From Epiperipatus broadwayi (Eukaryota; Animalia; Onychophora), in NCBI GenBank assembly GCA_028023455.1, contig JAQFVV010000006.1, positions 11,904,001 through 11,968,000 on the forward strand: DNA of 64,000 nucleotides. Reading direction: 5' to 3'. Every line of letters begins with the position of its first letter. The first letter of the stretch is position 1. The notes under the pieces are model-generated. The model worked only from the letters and a program-made list of their open reading frames with translations, was not told where the DNA came from and ran no database searches. Below, in pieces: positions 14,241 through 26,103 of this stretch. Position numbers and translations under genes: made by a program.

Positions 14241-14759
14241 GAGAGAGGAATATTTGAAAAATATTGTTTATGTGAGATAGATCATATGATAATAAATAAA
14301 CAATTATCCATGTTTGCACTCCTTGAGGTATTCCATCCCCTTATTTATTTTGAAATTATACATCTATCATCCTTTGTCTTGTCCATGTATCTAACTATCT
14401 ATTTGTATATAATTTTGTCAGTCTATTTGGCTATTTATTAGCTCTGGATTCCTACTTGGCCTATTTACCCATTGGCTCATCCATCCATGTAGTAACCTAA
14501 TTGCCCTTCATCTGTCCAGTAATTATTTAATTACTAATCTAATCTTCAACATATTATCTTCCTTAATTTTCACCCCTATGATATTAACTTACCCACCTAT
14601 TTAACAATGGTTTTATCTTTTTGTTAATTTCTATCAATCTTTTCATCTTTTACCTACCTACTTGCCTATATTTTTCCAATATTTCTACTGCCATAAAGTA
14701 CTATTAATCATCTCCCCCCTCATATTATATAATACATTCTAAGATCTGTTCTTAATATT

Positions 14760-15060
14760 TTCTAACACACCTTATATTAATAATAAATGGTGTTCATTTT
14801 CTATATCGTAATTAAATACTTCATATGCTAAATTTATATGTTATTCTCATTTTTTAACACTCTTTATGATTTTTATAGTTAACACCTCTTGCTTTAAATA
14901 ATAATTTTCTTACACTACAATTATCAGAACCGCCTTCGTTCTTTAGAACTAATTTTCTCTTGATACCATATAAAGATTTTCTTGTTAGCATTTAATTCAC
15001 TCTTTAATAACATTCTGTATATCCTTGAACAATATTATCTTCTTGTGAGAAAATGTCGAA
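14760..15060 (-). pseudogene. Decayed LINE C-terminal remnant (possibly CR1/L2 group)
   Basis: Minus-strand RKLLFKARG followed by an ENEHHLLL zinc-knuckle-like remnant; very degenerate. Confidence 0.3.
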
Positions 15061-15869
15061 CTAAAACCTAGTTGACTAGCAAAATTAGTTCATGACTTAA
15101 CTAAACGATGGCGCTGTAAGTAAACTTGTTAAATAAATTTGTCGTAAAAATGTTACAGGCATTCACAAAGAATTGAGGCTGTTTTTAGAAGAAATGAAAC
15201 AAAACATACTACCGAATCGATAACTATCTTTAAAATTTTAAATGAATTAATTTTAATAAACTTTTTTTTATATTTAATAGAATTTTAATTAATTAACAAG
15301 GTAAAGTGGAGGATAAGTTTGGAGAAGGGTGCTTATAGAAATTAGACAAAGTTAACAATAGTCCGAGTCAAGAGGTATAATGAAAAGACACATAGTATTA
15401 GATGACAGTAAATACTAATCAATGCACACGCTCACCCGTGTATATATATTTTTTCCACTTGCAACATCTTTATCATTTTTTCTATCCATATATCTATTAA
15501 GTCTAAATATCCATTAGGCGGTTTGATTTTCATCTATTCATTCATCCAAATAAGTTCTTTTATTCATTTATCTATTCACTTGTTATCTACCCATATGTCT
15601 ATCCATGAATTTAAATTCATTTCTTATACATTGCTTGATTATATATGTTTGCCTCTTGAATATTTATCTTTTTTACTTATTTGACTGACTATTCAATCAT
15701 CTATCCACTTAGCTGTTTTTCTTCCTATCTATATTTCTATTCATCCATCTATTGTTATCTTCAATAATATCACTTTCATTTTGAATTTTTTCAAGCAGTT
15801 TATTTGCTTGTAATAAGTGTTGTAGAGTGGGATGTCATTTGAAACAGAAGGAAATAGGTTATTAAAACA

Positions 15870-16020
15870 GGCAAAACACTCCATACAGTAGTGCTACTCT
15901 GTGCCAACCAAAGTAATCAATGGATGTCAGAAGTCTTGTGCATAAAATCCCTATCTAGTGTCTACTCATCCAATATCCCCAGACTAGTTTCTGGCTTGTG
16001 GCCTTCGTCAGTGAGGAGCT
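15870..16020 (-). mobile_element. Hammerhead repeat family 2 copy
   Basis: Shares CATACAGTAG...GTAATCAATGGATG...CTCATCCAATATCCCCAG with 22575-22690 and 27980-28130, and shorter pieces with 17575-17620 and 23070-23110. Confidence 0.8.
15976..16017 (-). ncRNA. Type I hammerhead-like ribozyme, family 2 variant
   Basis: UCCUCA-CUGACGA-A-GGC-cacaa-GCC-A-GAAA-CUAG-UC-UGGGGA. It has a 6-bp stem I, a 3-bp stem II, a palindromic ACUAGU stem III and a GUC triplet. Confidence 0.7.
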
Positions 16021-16611
16021 TTGGATTTGAGAGCACTGCACCTAGATCTTAGGATCTAATGCAACCCTCCAGCAGCCACCTTTTATTTTTACTTAACTAG
16101 GTAATATTGACAATTTATTTTTAAATTTATGCTTGCAATTATTTTTTAAAATCTATTTTAAAATAAAATATTGTAGGTTCATAATAAATTTTAATATGAT
16201 AAATATTTACTATTATGAACTTCATCTTACATATAATACTTTAATTTTGTATAAATTTTAACTAATAACTTTTTAAAATAAATTGACAATATCTACCTAT
16301 ACGTGGACCTTTGCATATGTTCATTGCATTATTTCAGATGAAGAAAATAAAGATTGGTAATCATGAATTCATCCTTGATTTACCTTTTAGCTAATGATAG
16401 CTAGATCCCCATTTACTGACCAATGTTGGATGATAGCTGGTTAGTTATGAGCCATCTATTTGAGAGAAATGTCTTAAATCTTTTGAAAATAATTTTACTT
16501 AGCATAACAGGTATGTACACTAATTCTGCATCACTGGATGACAATTATTTTGCAAGGCATATGTTTCTTAGCTTGAAGACACATCATCAACTGTCTTTGA
16601 GCATTAGCCAA

Positions 16612-17506
16612 TCATCATCATCATCATCAACCATTATCAATCCACTGCAGGATGAAGGTCTCTCCTAGTTCAATCCATCTTTTCCTATCTTTAGCTTCTC
16701 TTCTCCACATCACCCCTGCACACTTTCTTATTTCATCTATCCATCTCATGTGTGGTCTCTTTCTGGGTCTTTTACAATCTTTTGGAATCCAGTTTAAAAT
16801 TTCAATTATCCATCTATTATCATCTCTTCTAGCAATATGTCCAGCCCAATTCCACTTCAATCTTTTAATTTTTTTCAATGAGGTCAGTAACACCTGTTTG
16901 TTCTCTTACCCATATATTGCGTTTTCGATCTCTTCTTGTTACTCCCAACATGCATCTCTCCATACTTCTTTGAGTAGTCTGAAGTCTCTATATTGCTTTT
17001 TTATTAAGTGTCCAAGTCTCAGATCCATAAGTAAGAACTGGAAAAAAACATTTACTAAAAACCTTTCTTTTCAAACACATAGGCATATTTCCTTTCAGTA
17101 TCAAGTTATTTGTACCAAAAGCACTCCAACCAAGTTTAATTCTATGATTAATTTCATCCATTATTTTTTTCATCTATATTAATAATCTGACCAAGGTATT
17201 TGTAGCTGTTAACTTCTTCTAACTCATCATAATCAATCTTTATTTTCATACTTTGAGAAAATCTATTAAACATTACTTCAGTCTTTTTAACATTTATCTT
17301 TAGTCCTACTTTCATCTGATAACTCCTGCAACATTTCCTGTAACTCTAAAGCATTATTTGCAAAAACAATTACATCATCTGCCAAATCTAAATGACTTAA
17401 ATAATCTCTATTTACTTTCACTCCTTTAGCTTCCCAGTTTTAATCCACAAAATACTTCTTGCAGCACTGCTGTAAAAACTTTTGGAGATATGGATCCATG
17501 TTAATT
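16612..17506 (-). mobile_element. 5'-truncated RTE-clade LINE
   Basis: GSISPKVFTAVLQEVF, LSHLDLADDVI, RIKLGWSAFG, PVLTYGSETW, LKWNWAGHIARR, RPRKRPHMRWIDEI; (TGA)n tail at ~16612-16628. Confidence 0.95.
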
Positions 17507-17802
17507 CAACAATCTCATTTACTTGTAAATATCAAAGATAAACCACTGAACATCACATGATCATTTCTTATGCTTGCTCATAACTGAGTGGCATTATTGT
17601 ATGGAGAATTTTGCTTGTTTAAATATCAAAGTTAAGGTATTTGAGATGAATCATGAAGTCATAAGTACTAAATCGTTAATATTTCTGTGAAGTTCATTAT
17701 AATGTGTCGCAAAGTTGACTAGAAGTTAAAGTTATTTAGAGTAGTCTACTTATTATAGTATACAATAATTCTCAATACAGTTATTCTTTATAAATCTTAT
17801 TT

Positions 17803-17987
17803 TAATATTTAAACAGCATTAAACTGTTGCACATGCACTTTAGATTTTAACTATAAAATGAATGAATACTAACACTTCAAACACATGATAAAGTCTTTGG
17901 ATAATGAGTTTGAAGTATTAGTATTCATTCATTTTATAGTTAAAATCTAAAGCGCATGTGCAACAGTTTAATGCTGTTTAAATATTA
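17803..17987. repeat. Near-perfect hairpin (80-bp arms, 25-bp loop) of PLE 3'-end repeat family 5
   Basis: 17803-17882 vs 17908-17987 show two mismatches by eye. The core AGTATTCATT...AAAGCGCATGTGCA is shared with 32850-32945 and 42787-43328. Confidence 0.9.
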
Positions 17988-18984
17988 CAGTTTATAAACA
18001 TGTGCTATATAAAATAATTGACTTATTTAAATCTTATTTTATAAAACTTTTTTCATATCCATATTTAGAATAATATATACATCACTTACATTTCAGCTAT
18101 CTTCTATGTTATTTTCAAAGTTTATTCATTTTTTTATTTATCTTTGCAATATTAAATACATCCTTTTTTCTTCCCTATTTCATCTGTATGAAATATATAA
18201 TGAGCATTTAATTATATAAAGATAACTAGGAAAGGGAATGCATCTTGAAAAAGACTGTAAGAGATGGTTGAAATATAGATGGAAATGAATAATATTATAC
18301 TGTATAAATGGATATAAAAAGAAATGGTTTATGAAACATGATTTATAAAGAAAATGTGTAGTGAGAATTTTTATATACTCCAATTAATGGACTATATTCA
18401 TGGTACATATCAGATACATTATAAGGATTTTTTTGTAAGGATTATCACAGATATTTTAAACAAATGCAATGTCAACTATGTCCATTGAGAAAATACGACA
18501 GATAATAGAATACATTACAGAGCTACAATTTGGACATGGTGTTGAAATAGTCTGGAAAAGTTTCTGAAGAAATTATAAAAAAAACGTAGTGGAATATCAA
18601 GCAAACGCAAAAATGGATCAGCTTGCTCTATATGTGGAGTATTTGTGGTTTACAGATTGGTTTGAATAGTCATCATTCTCTCCTTTTTTTTTGAATTAAA
18701 ATAATCATACTAGGTTCCGCGTAATTGTTTATCATTATTTATTATTTTAAGATAACTCCACCTATCAATAAGCGTCTGTTTACTCAATAAAACGAAACCG
18801 AATCTTGACAATATAAATGCGAAATAAACTTTGTCTTCACTAAGTTTTAAGTTCATTCTTTCCAAGCAATAAACATCCTGTTATATTTATATGCTAAACA
18901 AGTTTACACACATACATGTATACTTGCAAATTTAAACCAGAGATAAAATGTTGTAAATATCTAAAATTACTTTTCGTAAAACTA

Positions 18985-19065
18985 GCCATGGTTAGGGGTA
19001 GTTGGTAGAGCGTCCGATTTAGAATCGGGATGTCCAGAAATCGATTCTGTCGTTTGCAGATCTGG
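18985..19065 (+). pseudogene. Degenerate tRNA-like SINE head
   Basis: A-box-like TAGTTGGTAGAGC and a weak B-box (AAATCGATTC); the cloverleaf is not intact. Confidence 0.4.
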
Positions 19066-19205
19066 CGAGCAATATTGCTATTTGCTCCCCCCCCCCCCCA
19101 CTGTTGCTATTTTAGAAAGAATAGAGGTATTTATTTAAATATTAACTTACTAAATTTACTTATTATAATTGCTAGTTTTACAATTAATAATAATAATATA
19201 GTCTT

Positions 19206-19325
19206 GCGTTGTTAGCCGAGAGGTATCGCAACCGCCATGCAAGCAAGTAGTTGGTTGCAGACGGTTGTGGGTTCGCGTCCCGGCCGATGCTATGACACAT
19301 GGAAAAAAATAATAATAATAATATA
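19206..19325 (+). mobile_element. tRNA-Gly-derived short SINE, diverged
   Basis: GCGTTG...GGGTTCGCGTCCCGGCCGATGCTATGACACATG followed by an A/TAA tail, shared with the other copies. Confidence 0.8.
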
Positions 19326-19904
19326 GATATTTACAGCATTTTATGTCTCATTTGAATTTGCAAGAGTGCATGTATATGCGTAAGCTTGTTTGGCAACATT
19401 AAATATGACAGGATTTTTATTTTTTGGAAAGAGTGAACTTAAAACTTAGTGAATATTTAAAAGTTTATTTCGTATTTATATTGTCAAGATTCAGTTTCGT
19501 TTTATTGAGTAAACATACGCTCATTGACAGGTCGAGTTATCTTAAAATGTCTAAAAAAACCCTAAACCCTCAGCTGAATTTCATCAGCATGACAGAATCC
19601 ATAAACTCGGAATAAGAAAGACATTTTATCAGAAAAGTTCTAAACTTGGATATTTTTTCGACCATTCATCTTTTCAAAATTGAAGTTTTGGTTTTATTAT
19701 TTAAAACAAAACTTGGCAGGAAAAAAAAATTTTGAAAGGATTGTCAGTCAGTTAAAAGGATATATATTGAATAGAAAATACAGGATACAGAGACGATTTA
19801 GCTACCCACACACTTAACACATTCAGAAAACATAGAGTTATTATATTATAGATAATATGAAAAGGAAAATTAATAATAACAAACATTATTAATAGATATT
19901 TTGT

Positions 19905-20155
19905 GGAGTTGATTGAAGTATGTCCATTAAAGTATGAAGATTGGCTATCTTAATATATATCTGAGCACTTATAGCATATATGTGTAAAGATGATAATCTG
20001 GACCAACTGATGATTGCTGGTTTAGCATGAAATACGAATATTGATGATTATTTATCTTTTCGACATATATGTGTTCAAGTGTATCAGTGTTATGAGATAG
20101 AGTGGAGAGTGGTGGGTAGTGTGAAAGTCTGTGCCCACATACCCTATATATTAAT
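19905..20155 (+). mobile_element. Hammerhead family 1, solo copy E
   Basis: ACCAACTGATGATTGCTGGTTTAGCATGAAATACGAATATTGATG at 20002-20046; same subfamily as the copies at 40.9-42.0 kb. Confidence 0.85.
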
Positions 20156-20437
20156 AGATATTGTGAAGTCGCAAACAGATCTTAGCTATCATATGAATAA
20201 ATTCTCCAGAATGTCCTATCAGCTGTTCAATTGTTCAATATATTTAAAAGAATATTCGTTACTGTGATGTTGTTTGTTTTACTTTCTAGGATTTCAATAA
20301 AAGGAACCAAAGATTCAGATCCTGTACTATGACCCTCCCTCCCCTACTGATAATAAAGACTGCAGCATATTGCAATCACATCGTTTATTTTTACAGGCTG
20401 TACGATTGACCCTCATCTGCCAACCCAATTTAAGCTG

Positions 20438-20450
20438 TGACCTTTGACCT
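20438..20450 (-). promoter_or_regulatory. Perfect DR1 nuclear-receptor element (candidate)
   Basis: TGACCTTTGACCT, the reverse complement of AGGTCA-A-AGGTCA, in apparently non-repeat DNA. Confidence 0.4.
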
Positions 20451-20624
20451 GCAGGTAGGAATAGTTAAAAAGGCAATAATAATATGCAGAATATTTACCT
20501 ATCGTGTGCCAAATTTAATTTCTTTCTACTCTTATTATATAAGGAAAAAATAAACCAGTAATCAATCACACGTTTTTAAGATTTCTATTAATTTTCTTAA
20601 ATTCTTTTCACAACAACATCAAAT

Positions 20625-21655
20625 TTACTAGGGTAATAAAAAATATTAACCAACTTCCATTCTTAGATGCTCTTAATTGAAAGAAAGAAGGATGGTTGTT
20701 TATCCCATGGTACATATAGCAAGCGCATACACACTGGGAGATATCCACATTTTTCTTCTCATCACCATCCAGCACAATTATTTTCAGTGGCCAAGATATT
20801 ATCAAATAGAACTAAGAGACTTTCTGATAACAGCCATTTTTTCAAAGTTATCTATGCTACTAAAAAGATTCTTCTTCATAATGGTTTTGATCACAGGATT
20901 ATTAATAGGACTTATTTATATAATAAGAAAAGAGATTTTGATAGATTCAAAAATTAACACAGTTCTGCTATATATATTGGGAGTAACTGATAAAATTGGC
21001 AATGTTTTAAAGAAAAGTAGTATCCATACAGTTTATACTACATTTAAAAATAAATAATAATTTCCACACCCTAAAGAAAAAATTCCTGTCAAACATTGGT
21101 GGTCGAGAGGTCAACACAGCTGCCTTACAAGCAGTTGTCCCGGGTTAGCGGGTTCACTTCCCGGCCGATGCTATGACACATAAAAAAAAAGAAGATAAAA
21201 TTCCTTTGATGTGTCATAGTGTATAATTCCATGTGGAGTTTGTTTACAATCATACATTGACCAGACCAATCACAGAATAAACATAAAAAAAAGAATACAT
21301 TTTGGCAGATAGAGAAAAATCCAATTCATCATTCACACATTAAATTAACTAACCATGATATCAATTCTAATAAAACACATATTCTGGCAAAAATTAAACA
21401 ATATAACCAAAGATTGCTTGGGAATCTATGCAGATTTTTAAAAAGCCTATGGACATAAATGAAAAGTGTGAATTGAAGAAAATTACCAGTATTTGGAAAA
21501 AGCTATTGAAGGATAAAATATTTTTTAAATCTTCTCAACCAATAGAATTTGAGAATGAGGAGAAAATAACAAAGGAAAAAAAATAATGATTTTAAATCTC
21601 ATCACACACATTCTTATGATTTGAGACAGAAGAAACTCTGAGGAAAGTACTTGTT
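20625..21655 (+). pseudogene. Penelope-like element remnant: RT thumb + GIY-YIG endonuclease
   Basis: LPFLD-like start, then YSKRIHTGRYPHFSSHHHPAQLFSVAKILSNR, PKEKIP..SVY.IPCG..SYIDQT and NHDINSNKTHILAK. Frameshifted and interrupted by a SINE. Confidence 0.9.
21088..21190 (+). mobile_element. tRNA-Gly-derived SINE inserted into the PLE ORF
   Basis: tRNA-like head, TATGACACAT plus poly(A); approximate TSD AAGAAAAAATTCCT / AAGATAAAATTCCT. Confidence 0.9.
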
Positions 21656-21658
21656 ATT

Positions 21659-21762
21659 TTTTTTTCTCATGTGTCTTAGCATCGGCTGGGATGTGAACCA
21701 GCTAACCAGGACAACTGCTTGTAAAGCAGCTGCCGCTGACCTCTCGACCACCAATGCTTGAC
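21659..21762 (-). mobile_element. tRNA-Gly-derived SINE
   Basis: Reverse copy with TSD AAGTACTTGTTATT / AAATACTTGTTATT. Confidence 0.9.
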
Positions 21763-22574
21763 AAAATACTTGTTATTGTACTAAAATGTCAGCTATTTAG
21801 CAATTATATTTTTATGATGCAAAAACTTCCAGAAATAATACTATGAATTCATCATTTATCCATGAGAATTTTGACTTTTTTTTTCCCAATGAAAATGTAA
21901 AGTTTGATGCATTGGAAATCACAATTGATGGCATATTAGCATGTTCAATAAATGTTAATGACTTGCTTTATATACAATAGACCATGTTTATGGGCAGGAT
22001 TGGATTGTGGAAGTTAACTTAAGCCTATGTTGGTGGACTTTTACTTTCCACCAACAATGTAGATTTTAATGTTCCTCCTTTGATAATCAATATAAATGTT
22101 TTCACTTAGTTTAAAATCTCTTTTTTGCCTTTTTAATGCAATTTATTTTATTACACAAATTTTTTGCATGAGGCTTCCTTATTCTTTTTACTTTTCATGT
22201 TATCAACTTCAACTTTTTTGTATCAGTGAAGTTTTTACCTTCTAAAACTAATATCAGTATTTGAATTACTGAAATATTTCTATACCATTGCAAACAGGTC
22301 TTAAATAGACACAGAACCCTTTGAGATATAATACTCTTCAATATCTCTTTTCTAGGTACAAGAAAGGATCTTCCACACTTGGTGTGGACAGTGTTGAACC
22401 AGAATCAAGGACTAGTTGAAAGTATTTTTATTATGCTTAAAAACACAGTATAGCAAGCTTGTAATCAATTACAGCCAGTTGGTTAAATCCTTGCATGACA
22501 TTTTTGATATTAATTGCCACAAGAAGGTACTTATCTTCACTTTTTACCATTTTCCAAACAACTTTCCACAATTC

Positions 22575-22690
22575 TTACAGTAATGCCACCTAGTAAAAGC
22601 CATGGTAATCAATGGATGGTAGAAGATCTGAGCATCAAAATCCCTAAGTAGTGATTACTCATCCAATATCCCCAGAAGTTTCTTATTTGC
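22575..22690 (-). mobile_element. Hammerhead family 2 fragment
   Basis: GTAATCAATGGATG...CTCATCCAATATCCCCAGAAGTTTCT; truncated within the ribozyme. Confidence 0.7.
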
Positions 22691-24483
22691 ATTTTTATTT
22701 ATTTACAATTCTGATAAATGATAACATTTTCAAGTAGACCTCATCAAGTCTTTTAAATCTCATTCACTGTAATAATATAAACTCTACTTGAGAATCAAAC
22801 TCAGGATTTTATTAAAAAAAAATTCTTTTGTGTTTTTTTGGTGCAGCATCACTAATCATGTACTTACTTCTGGGAAAGGCAAATTTTTTATCTGTTAGAA
22901 TTCTAAAACCACTAAACATCACGTGATCACCACTCTTTATGCTTACACAAGCCGTTCACACAGAGGTTAAATTCTCATATATATTGCTTATAACACTTCT
23001 TTCATATAGACTTCAATGTAGCAGTCTTCATCAGAGCTCTAATCTTCATCTCTGCTTTAATTAAAATTTTCCATACAGTAGTCCCACTGAGTGCAAGCCA
23101 GGGTAAGCAATGAATGTGAGAAGGTTTGTATATAAAAACACAGAGAGATTTAGTTCTGCCAAGATCTAGCCTTCCCCTCATTCATTCCACCACCAGCAGT
23201 TTTTTCATTGCTCCCTAGAGCCATCTGCTGTACGTTTGATAATCAATGCATACCTGATGATACAATGAAACAATATATCCATCTCCTGACCGATTTCTGG
23301 CTTCAGTCTTCATCAGTAAATATTAGGAATTAAAATTGGAGCTAGTGCATTTATGGATCAAATAGCTGGCTTTTTAAAACCATAAAGTTTTTAATTTCAG
23401 GTCATTATTTTGAATAGCTTAAAGAAGTAAAATGCGACTTCTCATTATGTAAATGCAAAAGTCCCAGCCATGAATTATAGTCTTCAGAGGTAAACACCAA
23501 GTTCAAATTTATTCTTTGGATAGATATAATAGATCATCTGGTATCGACTGGTTATTCAAATTAGAATAGATGTCTTTTGAGCAGAGTAAAGGGAACTGTT
23601 TGTGGAAAAACAGAGTAAGCTAAGAGAGTGATGTAGAGTAGAACAAAGAGAACTGCTCTTGGGAGCATATGTGGATTTTGGGAAAAAATAATCTTCCTCA
23701 CATTTGAAAGTAGACAATTTATATTACAAGAATTTTTTTTTTACTCACGGGAAAACAGATCAATTTCTGGTTAGACCAATACACATTCTAGAAGCTTCCA
23801 CCCTATTTTGATTTCTTTCTGTCAAAGTATACAACACAATGAATTGGTAGATGTCTACTCATGTCCGTGAGTTATTAATAATTTAATAACTAGACTGATA
23901 AACATTGAGCTATGTTTAAGGCTGATGATGGGCTGATATTTGTGCGTAATAAAACTGAAATCTTATGTCTTAGATTATTGTAATTTGTGGATTCACCACA
24001 TTTCTGCTTCACTGATTTTTGACTAAAGGAACTGGAATGTATACGCTTCTTAAAATTAACTTTATTATAATGGGTGATGACAACTAATGAATTCAATCAT
24101 GGTGATTGGGTCAGCGCAAAACTGTTTATTGAAGTCCTATAAAATGTATGATATAATTAGTGTATATCATTGTCCTTTCCCTTAACTTTTGGTATATCCC
24201 AATCTACAGGTATACTCTTTTATGTGATATTGCATCTTTGTTTTTTTTAAAACATCATTTGCAGGCATATGAAGCACTCTGTCTTAAGACAGGGTGAGTA
24301 ACTAGAATTTAGTCATCATCAGTAATTACTTACGTTATTGCTCACCACCTTTTTAAAAGCATCTGACTTTGAGAGCAACAACTTCATATCATCGGGATGT
24401 ATCATTTGTACCAATATAGTATTTTAATAATTAATATTTGAATACAAGCATAATTCAAGTACTTGGAGTTTAGATGTAGTTCA

Positions 24484-24780
24484 GGATATTTGAACACAGA
24501 CTTTCAAGCTACCTTCAATCATCTACTCTTTCTCATACAACCACATATATGTGAAAAAAATAAAATTGCTATCCTAATATAAACTGAGTACTGATTATGT
24601 ATATGTGTGAGAGATGATGATCTGGACCAACTGATGATTGTTGGTTCAGCACAAAATACATATATTGGAGACCATTTATCTTTTTCACATGTGTGTGGTC
24701 ATGTGTATCTGTTGTATGAGATAGAGTGGATAGCTGAAGATAGCTTGAAAGTCTGTGTTCAAATCCTCTCGATTATATTT
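24484..24780. mobile_element. Hammerhead family 1 inverted pair (minus stub + plus copy F)
   Basis: Minus terminus at 24484-24555; plus copy ACCAACTGATGATTGTTGGTTCAGCACAAAATACATATATTGG ending GTTCAAATCCT. Confidence 0.85.
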
Positions 24781-25164
24781 TAGTCATTGTAATTAATGGT
24801 TGTTTGGTAGAAGGGCATCAACCTACCATAAATACAATATGGGTTTGAACCTGACTTTTTTGTTTTCAAATAACTGGCTCATAACCATTGCCTTCCTTAG
24901 ATAACCATCTAATTATTAGTCATAAATGGATATCTAGGTAATCATTGTCTACTTTAGCCAACCATCTAATTATTGGTCAGTAAATGGATATCTAACTGTC
25001 CATAGCTAAACGGTAAAACGAGAATGGAAAAATGCCCAAACATTTTCAACCTGGCAATTGGTGGACCTGGTGAATACTATCTTTACTTTTTATGAAAGAC
25101 TGTTATTAAAATCTTTCACTATCCCTGAATATGTTTATATATATGTAATAATGATAATACTATA

Positions 25165-25340
25165 GAACGAGAGAACCAGGCAGAGGGGGCTATCCCCGCT
25201 TGTACATGAGGTGGAGAAGATACCTATACATCTTGTGGATCAAGGAAGCGTCACTGTAATGGATTATATTTTGAATAATTAAAAGCAGTAGGAAGAGAAA
25301 TATGTTGATAATCTCACCCTGTGCCTAGTTATCTCCGTTC
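25165..25340. mobile_element. Small MITE with ~18-bp imperfect TIRs and TA flanks
   Basis: TA|GAACGAGAGAACCAGGCA ... TGCCTAGTTATCTCCGTTC|TA. Confidence 0.6.
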
Positions 25341-26103
25341 TACTTGTGCTAGCGCTAGCATTAATTATAACTTATAAAAAAAATCCTTGCCTAATCTAAT
25401 AAATGTATAAAATTAAAGCCAAAACGCAAAATGTTTGTAAATTGGTTTAAATGAAACCAAAGATGCAACCATCGGAAATCCTCTTGTCTCTAATGAACTA
25501 TTACGATATGAAATCAATAAACAGATCTGCTAAATCGATACAGTTTATAGAAAATTTTATATTGATAAATTTCTCTGGTTTTTTAGCCTCCGGATTATTA
25601 ACACATTAATTTTAAAATTTCTCTCCAAGTTTGATATTATATTGGCTTACTGTTTTGATTTTTTTTTCATTATTTATTTATTTTTTATTTCTAAAATAGA
25701 AACAGTCAAATTAACATTTGGGAAAGCAAATCCGGAGAAATGCATCAAAATAATCCTCCAAATCATTTATATCATTCTCAATTTGATGGTAATTGTATTT
25801 ACGGGACGTATTGATAAATTTTCTTTACAGAAATCCCATTAAAAATCTAATTAGAAATTTAATTACTTATGATTTATATTTTGAAATATGTAATGTTTCA
25901 TTTTATTGCTTTATTTCATTTTTTTTTTTTAAATACAGAAACTCCTTTAAATAAGATAGCAAAAATGTATGTGTTTATATATACATGTGTATATATGAGT
26001 GCAAGGATCTCATAGGATAGACGTAACTCATTCATCTGCGACCAAATAAAATTCTTTTTAAGGGATTAGACTTTTCTCTGAGGTTCTAGGTCATATCAAA
26101 AAT

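Noticed and set aside
16652-17182. 176-aa plus-strand ORF (and 35575-35796)
   Set aside because: Antisense shadow of the RTE coding strand.
23254-23272. Plus-strand CTGATGA-TACAAT-GAAA
   Set aside because: The six intervening bases cannot form stem II, and there is no stem I or III.
24325-24415. Minus-strand IHPDD (PAS-like) peptide ending at GTAAGT
   Set aside because: No upstream acceptor and no further PAS similarity.
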